DNA of 64,000 nucleotides from Pirellulales bacterium (lineage in GTDB: Bacteria > Planctomycetota > Planctomycetia > Pirellulales > JAICIG01): positions 4,139 through 68,138 of the forward strand of contig DATLUO010000088.1 of NCBI GenBank assembly GCA_035533075.1, given 5' to 3'. How positions within the stretch are numbered: the first letter of the stretch is position 1; the number at the start of each line of letters is the position of its first letter. The notes under the pieces were generated by a model. It was not told the DNA's origin and did not search any database. It saw only the letters and a list, made by a program, of their open reading frames with translations. This document shows positions 16,854 through 25,363 of the stretch, piece by piece. Made by a program: the position numbers and the translations under genes.

Positions 16854-17334
16854 TCGCCCCCGCCCCCGTGAACCAGCCGATCAGGGCTACCGCTTTCTCG
16901 GTGTCGTCGATCCCAAACACGTCCTCCTCCTGCACTCCTTCGGTCGGATCCCATTTCAGATAATGAATCGTGACCGGATCTTCGACTTCGAGTTCCAGGA
17001 TTCTTCGGCCCTTGTGCCATTCGAACTGCAACGCGCCGCTCGACATCGGCACGACCAACGGCGGTTCGACGATATGGGCGGCGAGCCGGGCGGCAAATCG
17101 CCGGGCGGCATCCAGGATATCGTCGTTGATTGCCGGCCCGCCATAGCCGTCCCAATTCGGTTTTAAGGCGGCCAGCCGCTCGATTTCGGCATCGAGCGAG
17201 CGTTCCACCTCGGGCTGCCGACGACCGACCGGCGCGCTGATTGTCAGGCGCACTTCCGTGCCTTCCGCCAGCTCCAGTGGCTGCCGCGGCCTGAGGACGC
17301 CGTTCTCGTAGATGGCTGCGATGGTGATGCTCAT
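16846..17334 (-). CDS. DUF104-like antitoxin domain fused to an unknown C-terminal domain
   Basis: ORF 16846..17334. The N-terminus MSITIAAIYENGVLRPRQPLELAEGTEVRLTI is the typical DUF104 signature. The C-terminal ~120 aa contain LKPNWDGYGGPAI...LQFEWH... Confidence 0.65.
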   Translation of the reverse strand: MSITIAAIYENGVLRPRQPLELAEGTEVRLTISAPVGRRQPEVERSLDAEIERLAALKPNWDGYGGPAINDDILDAARRFAARLAAHIVEPPLVVPMSSGALQFEWHKGRRILELEVEDPVTIHYLKWDPTEGVQEEDVFGIDDTEKAVALIGWFTGAGANV

Positions 17335-17461
17335 GGTTCGCGCTCACCTCGATTCTACCATGCCGGGGTCATCGATTCGAGGAGCCGAACTGGAAACAAC
17401 CCCAGCGCTTCGCCCCGCGGCTTTCGCATGACGCGCGTTCCGGGCTATGCACTGCCGCGAC

Positions 17462-17652
17462 GCGGCCCGTTTACTACTACGCCGACCAGCCCTTTCCCAA
17501 GCTCGTGCATGTAAGGGAGTTGGAAATCCATCCCCGCGACGACAAGCTGCCCTTGCTTGGCAGCCTGCGCGGACTGGCACCCGGTTCGTCGGGCGAGCTC
17601 TCGGCCGTCGATTTTGTCAGGTCGTTGCGCCATGACTAACGATGGCAAGCCG
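17462..17652 (+). repeat. 191-bp direct repeat, copy 2
   Basis: See 16251-16441. This copy has no upstream start codon in the antitoxin frame, so it is only a 3' fragment of that gene. Confidence 0.85.
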
Positions 17653-17802
17653 ATCTACTGCTGGGACGCCTCGGTCTTTCTTGCTTGGATCAACGAGGAG
17701 GCCGGTGCAGTTGGGGGACATTGCCTCATCGGTTCTGAACTGTCGGGAGCGAAGATGAGCCTGGCGCACACGATCGAACTCAGCCGTGAACGTCCGCCAT
17801 GA
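17632..17802 (+). pseudogene. Truncated PIN-domain (VapC-like) toxin gene
   Basis: MTNDGKPIYCWDASVFLAWINEE... is a typical PIN N-terminus, with the first acidic residue in the WDASV context. Similarity is lost after about 25 codons and the ORF ends at 56 aa, whereas a PIN domain is about 130 aa. The helicase stop codon is 47 nt downstream. Confidence 0.55.
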
Positions 17803-17848
17803 TAGCCAGCGCGACAGGCATTATTGGCACGCTGATTTGGCGCTGGCC

Positions 17849-20800
17849 TCACGTGGGCGCAAGCGACAATCGGCATGCTTCAATAAGCTGACGGACACGC
17901 TCTTCACCTACCTTCTCCAGCAAAAAACGGACGAGATCCTCCTGTCGGTTTTGCCCGAAGGCCATGCGATAGATGACAAGCGAGCGGCGCAGTTGATCCT
18001 CTTTGGGAATATCACGACTGAGAGGCAATGCCGGTATGTGCCTCTCGATCTTGGCGGGACCGTCGAGCGTAACCCAGAACGGAAACAAATCGTTGAAATC
18101 AGCGGATCTCGCGATTCTCGCGGCCTCAAACATCGCGGCCCAAATGTCTTTCGATCCGTTGAGCGATACGGGCCCGTGAGCGGCGGCGATGTTCTTACGC
18201 AGCGCGTGGCCCTTGTAACGGTGGACGCGCCCTTCTCTTTGCTCAAGGTCGACCGGATTCGAGGGCAGGTTCCAATGCACCACCGCGTGGCAATAGGGAT
18301 GAAAGTCGAGGCCCTCTTGACCAACGGATGTTGTCGCCAGCACGAACGGCCAAAACGGCGAGTTGAACGCCGATCGGACCTGGTCGGCGCGCGTCGGTTC
18401 GCTGCCGTCGTCGGCGTCCTGGTCGCCAAACCGCATGGCGAATCGCGTTCTCAAGCGGATTGGCTCGCTTCGGACACTCCGCGAGCTGACCGTTAGTATG
18501 TCTACCTGCGTGGTGGCCGTGCGAAGCGTCAAGCAGCGTTGCATCTCCTTCGAAAGCTCGTCAGCGATCATCGTCGTCGGCTTATCGGTGAGGCCCAGCG
18601 ACTCAATCAACATGTGAGCATATTCGTCGAGCACCGCCTGCAGATTGCCGTCCAGGCAATACGACAGGACTGACTGCCAGTAGGGCGTCTCGCGCTTTCG
18701 ATCGCGAAGCACAGCCATCGCTTCCGGGAGATTGAAAAGGCGCAAGAACGAATGGGCCAGCGCCGCGGCAGCCGTCTTCACGGCATCGCTAGCCACCTCT
18801 TCTTCGGCAACGATATGACGTTTCAGAGCGCGGAGACATACGACGCCCAGGCCGGCAAAGCCACTCTTCGCCGTCACCTCACAAAGATCGCTGGGGGGCG
18901 GTCCAAGTTCCAACCGACCATCGAGAAACTCTTGGGCCTTCTTCACGTGCGTTTCCCATCCAAGGGCCGAATCGTCATCAGTGGTCTGCGTTGGTTCGCC
19001 GGACCATGATTGACTCAATCTCGGCTGCGCAAACCAGCGCTGCACTTCACCGGGGTGGTGCCTGAGATCCAGCAGCAAAGGAGCCGCCCAATACCACGAT
19101 TCGTCCGCGGGGCCCGGACGCTGGCGAGCCGCCGTCAATTCCTCTTGCAACGCTGATTCAATGCTGTCGGCCCCGGCTTGCACCAACTCGGCGACGGGCA
19201 CGGGAAGCTGCTCCCCGCGCAAACGCCGCGCGAGCAACAGCGGGTCGAGTTGCTCAACCAACCAGCGGCAGGGATAAATAAGGCCCAACACCGGCATGCC
19301 GGTCGGCCTGCCCTTGGCGAATGTAAACCTCAACAACGCGCGCCGCTTCTTACGCGCCTCAGCGGTGTTTCTCGCCTTTTTGGAGAACGTCCGCATCATT
19401 CGGCGTTCCGCCTCGTAGCTCAAGATCGCCGAAATGGCCTTGGGCACGACCCGCCAACAAGAAAACACGAGGCGCTTGGTGAAGCATTGTAGCGTCGGCG
19501 TCGCGAAAGCGCCCCTCGGTTCAGAATACGGCAGCGACGGTGGAATCCATAGCAGGCGCCACGCGCCGCGCTCGATCACGTCGTCGTGCAGTGCGCGCAA
19601 TCGAGCGTTACCTGGATCGAGTTTGCCATACGCCTCAATGACTTCCGGACGAAGGAGTCCGGCCTTGGCTCCGCGCATGGCGTCGACGAATTTGGATGCT
19701 TGCCGCTCCGACGCCAATTCGTCGCGCAGCGTTCGCTTAAGTTGGTACTCATCCATGAAGTTCAGTAGGTACGGCGCGGACTTCCAGTATTCGAGCACGT
19801 CATCACTTTCGAGACTGCGGGCCACGCGTTGCAAAACCAGGTACTGTTCGACGTCGCTTTCCATCAGTTGTGGCCGCATCTGCTTCACGTCGGCCAGCAT
19901 GCCGTTGCGGTCGGGCGTCAGTGCCAGCCGTTCCGTGCGGACCATCACTTGTCGCAACGCCACCTCGAGCTCGCGCTTTACGCCGAGCAGTTGCTCATTT
20001 CCGCCTACCGCGACGTCGAAAAGATGCTCGCGATATCGCCGAATCAATCCGGCGACGTGGTCCCTGGAGGATGGCGACGGCATCAAAAAGTGAAGCGTGC
20101 GTTCAAAATCGGCGTAATGGTCGTCCTGGTCTTTTTCCCGCGCGAGCGTATACATTTTGTACGGCGTTGCCGACAGGAGTAGCACGCGCGCGGCCAGCGA
20201 AGAATCGGTTTGCGACTGCTGATAATTGAACAGGTGGTGCGCAAGCTGCGCCGCCTCGGTCGGCTCTTCCACGTCGGACTCGAGCAAATGCTTGAATCGC
20301 TGAAACTCGTCGAGAATAATCAGGTCCGGCTCGAGCCAATTCAGGCACGATTCGGCCAGAAGCCTGCGTAGCTCGCCAATGAGCCGGTTGCGGTCACGGT
20401 GCAGCTCAGGCGGCACGGTCATTCCGGCCCGGGGCATTGCGCCGCAGAGTTCGTCGAACTTGCGCAACAAATCCGTATTGCTCAATCGCTCCCAAAACAT
20501 CTTCGCAATTTTTGGGTGAGGCGACGGATGTGCTGTGGGAAAGCAGTCCACTTGGTTGCGAAAGGAATCCGTGCCGGCATTCGCCTCGAACAAACGGGTC
20601 GCCCTGGTCCGTGAGACATCATGTTCGTTGGCGATCAGCCAATAGATCAGGACCCGTTCCAGCGATTGACCGGCCCCGTGGCTCAACTCAAACGACGTGC
20701 CGGGCGTGAAGGAGACGAAATTCAGCCGACGCAGCCGCATGTTTGCCAAAGTCAACGGAAGAAGGGTGATGCGCGAGGCCAGGCAGAAGTCTTTCTGGCC

Positions 20801-21094
20801 CGTGACGTTCAATCGATTGATGTTTTGCCGTGCAATGTCTGTGTTCGAGCAGACGTAAACCACGTCGATCCGCTGCGTGCGGTCCCAAAGGTGGTCGATG
20901 GCCTTGGCGATGACGCCCCGCGCCACGAGCGTTTTCCCCAATCCAACCTCGTCAGCGACAAGGAAACGACGCGCGTGGTCGGCGTCAGTATAGAGTCGCC
21001 GAAATACGTGCTCGACGGTTTCGCGTTGAAAGTCCTTCAACTGCGCAAGAATGGCAGCGGTCGTCGGGCGAGAGGCGCTTGGTTTGCTCGGCAT
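17849..21094 (-). CDS. SF2 helicase-related protein (1081 aa), third gene of the candidate defence operon
   Basis: Within ORF 17849..21388. The ATG at 21094 is preceded by GAGGA and lies 16 nt after the PLD stop. Motif I is LVADEVGLGKTLVA, motif II DLIILDEFQ, motif III LLLSATPYK, and motifs V/VI are ATTSVGQEGLDF...NPVDLEQREGRVHRYKG. Confidence 0.88.
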   Translation of the reverse strand: MPSKPSASRPTTAAILAQLKDFQRETVEHVFRRLYTDADHARRFLVADEVGLGKTLVARGVIAKAIDHLWDRTQRIDVVYVCSNTDIARQNINRLNVTGQKDFCLASRITLLPLTLANMRLRRLNFVSFTPGTSFELSHGAGQSLERVLIYWLIANEHDVSRTRATRLFEANAGTDSFRNQVDCFPTAHPSPHPKIAKMFWERLSNTDLLRKFDELCGAMPRAGMTVPPELHRDRNRLIGELRRLLAESCLNWLEPDLIILDEFQRFKHLLESDVEEPTEAAQLAHHLFNYQQSQTDSSLAARVLLLSATPYKMYTLAREKDQDDHYADFERTLHFLMPSPSSRDHVAGLIRRYREHLFDVAVGGNEQLLGVKRELEVALRQVMVRTERLALTPDRNGMLADVKQMRPQLMESDVEQYLVLQRVARSLESDDVLEYWKSAPYLLNFMDEYQLKRTLRDELASERQASKFVDAMRGAKAGLLRPEVIEAYGKLDPGNARLRALHDDVIERGAWRLLWIPPSLPYSEPRGAFATPTLQCFTKRLVFSCWRVVPKAISAILSYEAERRMMRTFSKKARNTAEARKKRRALLRFTFAKGRPTGMPVLGLIYPCRWLVEQLDPLLLARRLRGEQLPVPVAELVQAGADSIESALQEELTAARQRPGPADESWYWAAPLLLDLRHHPGEVQRWFAQPRLSQSWSGEPTQTTDDDSALGWETHVKKAQEFLDGRLELGPPPSDLCEVTAKSGFAGLGVVCLRALKRHIVAEEEVASDAVKTAAAALAHSFLRLFNLPEAMAVLRDRKRETPYWQSVLSYCLDGNLQAVLDEYAHMLIESLGLTDKPTTMIADELSKEMQRCLTLRTATTQVDILTVSSRSVRSEPIRLRTRFAMRFGDQDADDGSEPTRADQVRSAFNSPFWPFVLATTSVGQEGLDFHPYCHAVVHWNLPSNPVDLEQREGRVHRYKGHALRKNIAAAHGPVSLNGSKDIWAAMFEAARIARSADFNDLFPFWVTLDGPAKIERHIPALPLSRDIPKEDQLRRSLVIYRMAFGQNRQEDLVRFLLEKVGEERVRQLIEACRLSLAPT

Positions 21095-21110
21095 GGTAGT
21101 TGTTCCTCGG

Positions 21111-23027
21111 TCACTTTTTCGAGGCTTTCGAGCGGTGCTTGCGGCGCGCGTCGATAATCGGCCTCCAGACTTCATGGAAGCCTTCCGGCAAAAGTCGTCG
21201 CCCCTCCGGGGATTTTTCCAAATCCAGAACGAGATGCTCCACCTCGTCGATCTGGTCTGGACGACGGTCGAGCGCTTGCAGCAGCGATTCCAGCAGCGAG
21301 GCGACGAGTGAATCGCCGAAGACACCGTTGGCGGCGTTCTCCGAGGCTGCCGCGAACAGGCTGGCAAAGTTGGCCTCATCCGGATCAATCAGAAGCAGGA
21401 GGAGAAAACGCAGCACGCTTTGGCGATCGACCAAGAGATGCCGCAGGACGCACTCGGAACGGTCAGCAGGCGCGTTCACCAGTGGAAGGTAAAGTACAAA
21501 CTGGTGGGAGAATTGGCCGTCCGCGGAGACAAGCTCCCAGGCGAAGAATGAAGTTAGGCCGATTAACGAAACGGGCACAAAGCGGCACCATACGTCGTGA
21601 TCAAAGGAGATTGCCGTGCTCTGGCTTGGTCCGAGACTGATCGGCCAAACTCGCAACGTCGAGCCGGTCGGTGGTGATACGCGGCCCGACTTTGTGGGAC
21701 GCACAACCAACGCATAATGGTTCTCATCACATTTTTCACAATCCGCCACGGCGGCGCGCATCGCGATCTGCTTCGCCAATTCGTCCGCTTGCCGGTCGAA
21801 TAGCAACTGATCGGACGGAAGCACTGTTGTTTCCGGGTGTTCGACGAACGGCCTTAGCAAGTCACGCAAGCAGGCAATGTGTTTGTCTTCGTCATCACCG
21901 GACCGGCCCATGATCGTCGCGATGCCATAGCGGCTCTTTTTGCCGCGCAACTCGACCAGAAACTCGACATTGCTCGCGAACGCCACGCCCGTGGCGTTCG
22001 CCGAACCGGTCCAGATGCGGCTGTTCCAGCCGGCGTCGGCTATGTAGCACTTGGCGTGCAGACCGAGCAACGCCGGACCGGCCATTTCATCGCCGTGCCG
22101 AGAGTCGGAGGCATTTTTCGATTCGGAGCCTTGGAAATTGAGAGCGGTGGCGGCGTCTTCCTGCTCCGGCTGGGCGGTCTCGTCGAGGACCCAAACCCGC
22201 TCAAATCGAGCAAGCTCCGCCGACGGCAAGCAATCGAGGGTTTCGGCCCTGGACACTAATTCAAGCGGCGCCGAATACGGCGCGATCCTGTTGACGAATC
22301 CGGCATCGACGAACGGTGAGATCACGAGCATCCTGTCGATCCGGTCGTCGAACGGCCAGTCATCGGTTTCGCCCAGACCGATCGGCCAATAACGAACGTC
22401 CTCGAATTGCTCTGGCAGGCTAAAATCGACGCGCCGCAGCTCGTGGGCAAGTTGTTCGATCCGCTTTCGCCATTCGGAGGCCAGGCTGCGCCGCGACATT
22501 TTGGGTAGGCTTTCGACGAACTGGCCCAGCGGATGATTGCGCGCGAATGCGTTGGATCGGTCGCAAAGCGGGCCTTCCATGCATAGCATCGTGTCCCACG
22601 AGCGATCGAAGGTCATGTTGCGGCTTAAACAAAGCATTCGGTACGTCACGGTCGCATCCGGGCCCAAGTACCGCAGAAACCAAATCTTTGGATGGAAGCT
22701 TCCGCCGCGAGGCGCAAGCGCCTCCGCGATCGAGCCCTCGAGGTTCACCAGCAGCGGCTGGTAGCTGCGCGGCACATGAATGCGTCCCGCTTGGCAGAAC
22801 AGCAGAATGCGGTGCGCATATTGGCGAGTTGCCTTCAAGAGCGAGAGCGGTTCCAGGACTGGGTTCCCCTGTCGGTCCTGCCAGTCGGAAAAGGCGAACG
22901 CCACAGGAGCGGCCAAAAGAGCGATCAAGTCCAGCGAATACGTCGTTCCGACTGCCCAATCGAGCCTGTGCTCGGGCGGAGGAGCGAGGGTTTCCAGCAG
23001 TAGCTTCCGGCTATGAGGCTCAAGCAT
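21111..23027 (-). CDS. Phospholipase-D-family (two HKD motifs) nuclease-like protein, second gene of the operon
   Basis: ORF 21111..23027. The first HKD-like motif is GGSFHPKIWFLRY...LSRNMT. The second is LGLHAKCYIADAGWNSRIWTGSANATG. The ATG lies 3 nt after the upstream stop. Confidence 0.85.
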   Translation of the reverse strand: MLEPHSRKLLLETLAPPPEHRLDWAVGTTYSLDLIALLAAPVAFAFSDWQDRQGNPVLEPLSLLKATRQYAHRILLFCQAGRIHVPRSYQPLLVNLEGSIAEALAPRGGSFHPKIWFLRYLGPDATVTYRMLCLSRNMTFDRSWDTMLCMEGPLCDRSNAFARNHPLGQFVESLPKMSRRSLASEWRKRIEQLAHELRRVDFSLPEQFEDVRYWPIGLGETDDWPFDDRIDRMLVISPFVDAGFVNRIAPYSAPLELVSRAETLDCLPSAELARFERVWVLDETAQPEQEDAATALNFQGSESKNASDSRHGDEMAGPALLGLHAKCYIADAGWNSRIWTGSANATGVAFASNVEFLVELRGKKSRYGIATIMGRSGDDEDKHIACLRDLLRPFVEHPETTVLPSDQLLFDRQADELAKQIAMRAAVADCEKCDENHYALVVRPTKSGRVSPPTGSTLRVWPISLGPSQSTAISFDHDVWCRFVPVSLIGLTSFFAWELVSADGQFSHQFVLYLPLVNAPADRSECVLRHLLVDRQSVLRFLLLLLIDPDEANFASLFAAASENAANGVFGDSLVASLLESLLQALDRRPDQIDEVEHLVLDLEKSPEGRRLLPEGFHEVWRPIIDARRKHRSKASKK

Positions 23028-23030
23028 TGC

Positions 23031-24239
23031 CTAGTTTCCCAAACTCGGCAGTATATCCGACACGATCGACTTGGCGGCGTTCCAGCGAAGATCCATTTGC
23101 CCGGCTCCCGCGGCGCCGTTCCACAGCTCCAGCGCTCTCCTGTTTTTCAGGCGCGATTGTCCGCGTTTGAGCGCATACTCACGGCGGTCGATAAGAGCGC
23201 GGGTCGCCTGGCCGTCGACAATTCCTGCGACGTTGGCCGTCACCAAAACGGCATTGATCCACTGATTGACGAACGCCTGCGCAGGGAAGCTCACTTGTGG
23301 ATTCGCGCCGCGAACAATTTGCCAAAACCGCCGGCGATCCCAGTTTCTTAGGTCATCACGGCGCCGAGTCAGGAGTTCCCACCACTCGGTGAGAGCCTCG
23401 CGGTATTCATCGATTTGCTCCGGCCACGGTCGAAGTTCGGCCAGCATCAGGTTGTAAAGCAGTTGGGCGCCCCACATGATCTCTGAAAAATTTCGCCCAT
23501 GCGTCAACTGTTCAGTGAACACGTCCGGCACGTCGTGCGCAAGGTCCCAGCAGGCATCGACTTCGCCTACCGAAATCCGCGTGCGAAGGATGTGTGCCAG
23601 GAAGGATCGCGGGCAATTCGCCAGGACCCGTTCACGAAGATACTCGGCCTCGGGCTGCGAGAGGTCAAAGGTAATGCCTTGCGGAAAACTTGGGGGCGCC
23701 GCGGGGATGCCGCCGTGCCAGTTGCAAATGTCGGGATCGGGTGGAGTTTCTCCGCCAAAGTCCTGCCGCGATGGTCGGCCCTGTCGGCGCGCATAGAACA
23801 GCTTGAGCGAACGGTGGTATTGGTCTTCTGAGCCAGGGAAAAGGCGAATTCCCCATGTTTCGAGCCCAAGCCAATAGACGCTGCTTGCGAGTCGCCGCAC
23901 GTTTTCCCTGGCCCGCTTGCCAATCAAGCCGCTTGAATCACCCGACGAGGCGATGACGTTCATCAACTCCACTTCAAGCTTTCGGGCACGATGCTCGACG
24001 CGGTCGGGTGCGACCTGCTTTTCTTCGAGTGTCAGGTAGATCCAGGGCACGAACAGGAAGTATTTCGCGCGCGTCTGGATCGTGCTGGTGCCCGGAAACA
24101 GTAAATCCGCGAATGCGTCACGGACCCCGCCCAAACCAAGCTCGTCCCTCGTCGCGCGTTCGCCGAAAAGCTCGATGACGTCGAGCATTTTGCGACGCTC
24201 AGATTCCGAATAGTCAAGCCAAGTGAAAGTAGATGGCAT
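23031..24239 (-). CDS. Hypothetical 402-aa protein, first gene of the operon (unknown function)
   Basis: Within ORF 23031..24254. I prefer the ATG at 24239 (MPSTFTWLDYSESERRKMLDVIELFGERATRDELGLGGVRDAFADLLFPGTSTIQTRAKYFLFVPW...). I recognise no catalytic motif. From memory, similar proteins next to PLD and helicase genes are labelled DUF6361, but this is unverified. Confidence 0.75.
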   Translation of the reverse strand: MPSTFTWLDYSESERRKMLDVIELFGERATRDELGLGGVRDAFADLLFPGTSTIQTRAKYFLFVPWIYLTLEEKQVAPDRVEHRARKLEVELMNVIASSGDSSGLIGKRARENVRRLASSVYWLGLETWGIRLFPGSEDQYHRSLKLFYARRQGRPSRQDFGGETPPDPDICNWHGGIPAAPPSFPQGITFDLSQPEAEYLRERVLANCPRSFLAHILRTRISVGEVDACWDLAHDVPDVFTEQLTHGRNFSEIMWGAQLLYNLMLAELRPWPEQIDEYREALTEWWELLTRRRDDLRNWDRRRFWQIVRGANPQVSFPAQAFVNQWINAVLVTANVAGIVDGQATRALIDRREYALKRGQSRLKNRRALELWNGAAGAGQMDLRWNAAKSIVSDILPSLGN

Positions 24240-24335
24240 TTGGATTATTCTCACTGTGCATGGCGCTTCGGCGTCCGCCCTGGTTGCGATCCCATCCGAC
24301 GGTGACGGAGAATGACTGACCGAGAATATACCAGA

Positions 24336-25196
24336 TCACGGCCGTAGTCCATCGGTGGTATAGCCCCTGTCACACTCTCGGGATCCGTAGGAAGCCTTGA
24401 TCACGCGGCCGCATGGCATGACCCGTGATTGGCGCTCATGAAGGCGGGCGTGCCGGCGACGTGCCCCGCCAGCGCGCTGCGTTTCCTCGCTCACCAACAG
24501 GCCGAAGTCGGCCACGTGCGGCCGGCCCTGTTCGTCGAGCAGGATGTTGGCCGGCTTCAGGTCGCGATGAACGAAGCCGAGCTTGTGGGCGTGGCGCAAG
24601 GCGTCGGCCACCATTTCCAGTAGCTCCGCGGCGCGGCCGGGCGCGACGGGGCCGCCGTCGATAAGTTCCGCCAGCGTTTGGCCGGGCACGTACTCCATGA
24701 CGATGTAAAGCCGATTGTTTTCGCGACCGACGTCATGGATGGTGACGATCTGCGGATGATTAAGACTGGCGGCGTGGCGGGCCTCGGTGCGGAACTTGTC
24801 GAGCGCGCCGGCCGTGGTGAAGGTGCCGACGCGCGAGACTTTGATCGCTACGTCGCGGTTCAGATCGGGGTAGCGGGCCAGGTAGACATTGCCGAAGGCG
24901 CCGGCGCCGAGGGTGGACTGTTTCTGGTAGCGGCCGAGTTGCGTGGGGGCGGGTTCGTCTTCGCGGCCCTCACCCCAACCCTCTCCCGGCGGGAGAGGGA
25001 GTTCGCCGCGCATCAGGGCGAACAGCGATTCGAGCCTCTGATCGGCCGCGAAGGCGCCGGCGAGTTTTGGATCGGCGGCCAGAGAAGCGTCGAGCCGGCC
25101 GGCGTCGATGGCGTGGCCGAGCGTTTCGTCGAAGTCGTCGCGCGGCGTGTCCGCGTCGGGCAAAGCAAGCGGCGAGTCAGCAAGCGGCTGGTTCAT
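24336..25196 (-). pseudogene. Ser/Thr protein kinase, frameshifted and 3'-truncated
   Basis: Gly-loop LGAGAFGNVY, VAIK, HRDLKPANILL and ADFGL are present. After DFG the frame is lost: GHVAGTPAFMS is readable in another frame around 24434-24470. Kinase similarity stops at about 24434, inside subdomain VIII. Subdomains IX-XI are absent. Confidence 0.75.
24979..24999. repeat. Perfect 9-bp-stem palindrome CCCTCTCCC-GGC-GGGAGAGGG inside the kinase N-terminal region
   Basis: Seen directly. It is translated in frame as ...LPLPPGEGWGEG..., a peptide signature typical of a GC-rich palindromic repeat rather than of kinase sequence. Confidence 0.7.
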
Positions 25197-25266
25197 TCAG
25201 GCAACCACTACCACAAAGAACACAAAGAGCACGAAGAACAGAAAATGGGGCCACGGATGGAACACG

Positions 25267-25303
25267 GATGAAACACGGATAGAACACAAATCCGTGTTTC
25301 ATC
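25267..25303. terminator. 14-bp perfect hairpin (GATGAAACACGGAT-agaacacaa-ATCCGTGTTTCATC) within short (A/G)AACACGGAT repeats
   Basis: Seen directly. It lies between the stop of the 25364..25669 gene and the kinase start. There is no clean T-tract on the minus strand, and GGTTTTTG lies about 20 nt away on the plus strand. The terminator role is therefore tentative. Confidence 0.3.
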
Positions 25304-25363
25304 GGTGTTTAATCCGTGGCTGGTTTTTGCTGGCGACATTCGTATCGAGCAGCACGACGCTCA

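Noticed and set aside
24325-24351. Promoter for the helicase/PLD operon (TGGACT-N15-TATATT on the minus strand)
   Set aside because: The 15-nt spacer is suboptimal and the -35 matches only 4 of 6. This is too weak to call without transcription start data.
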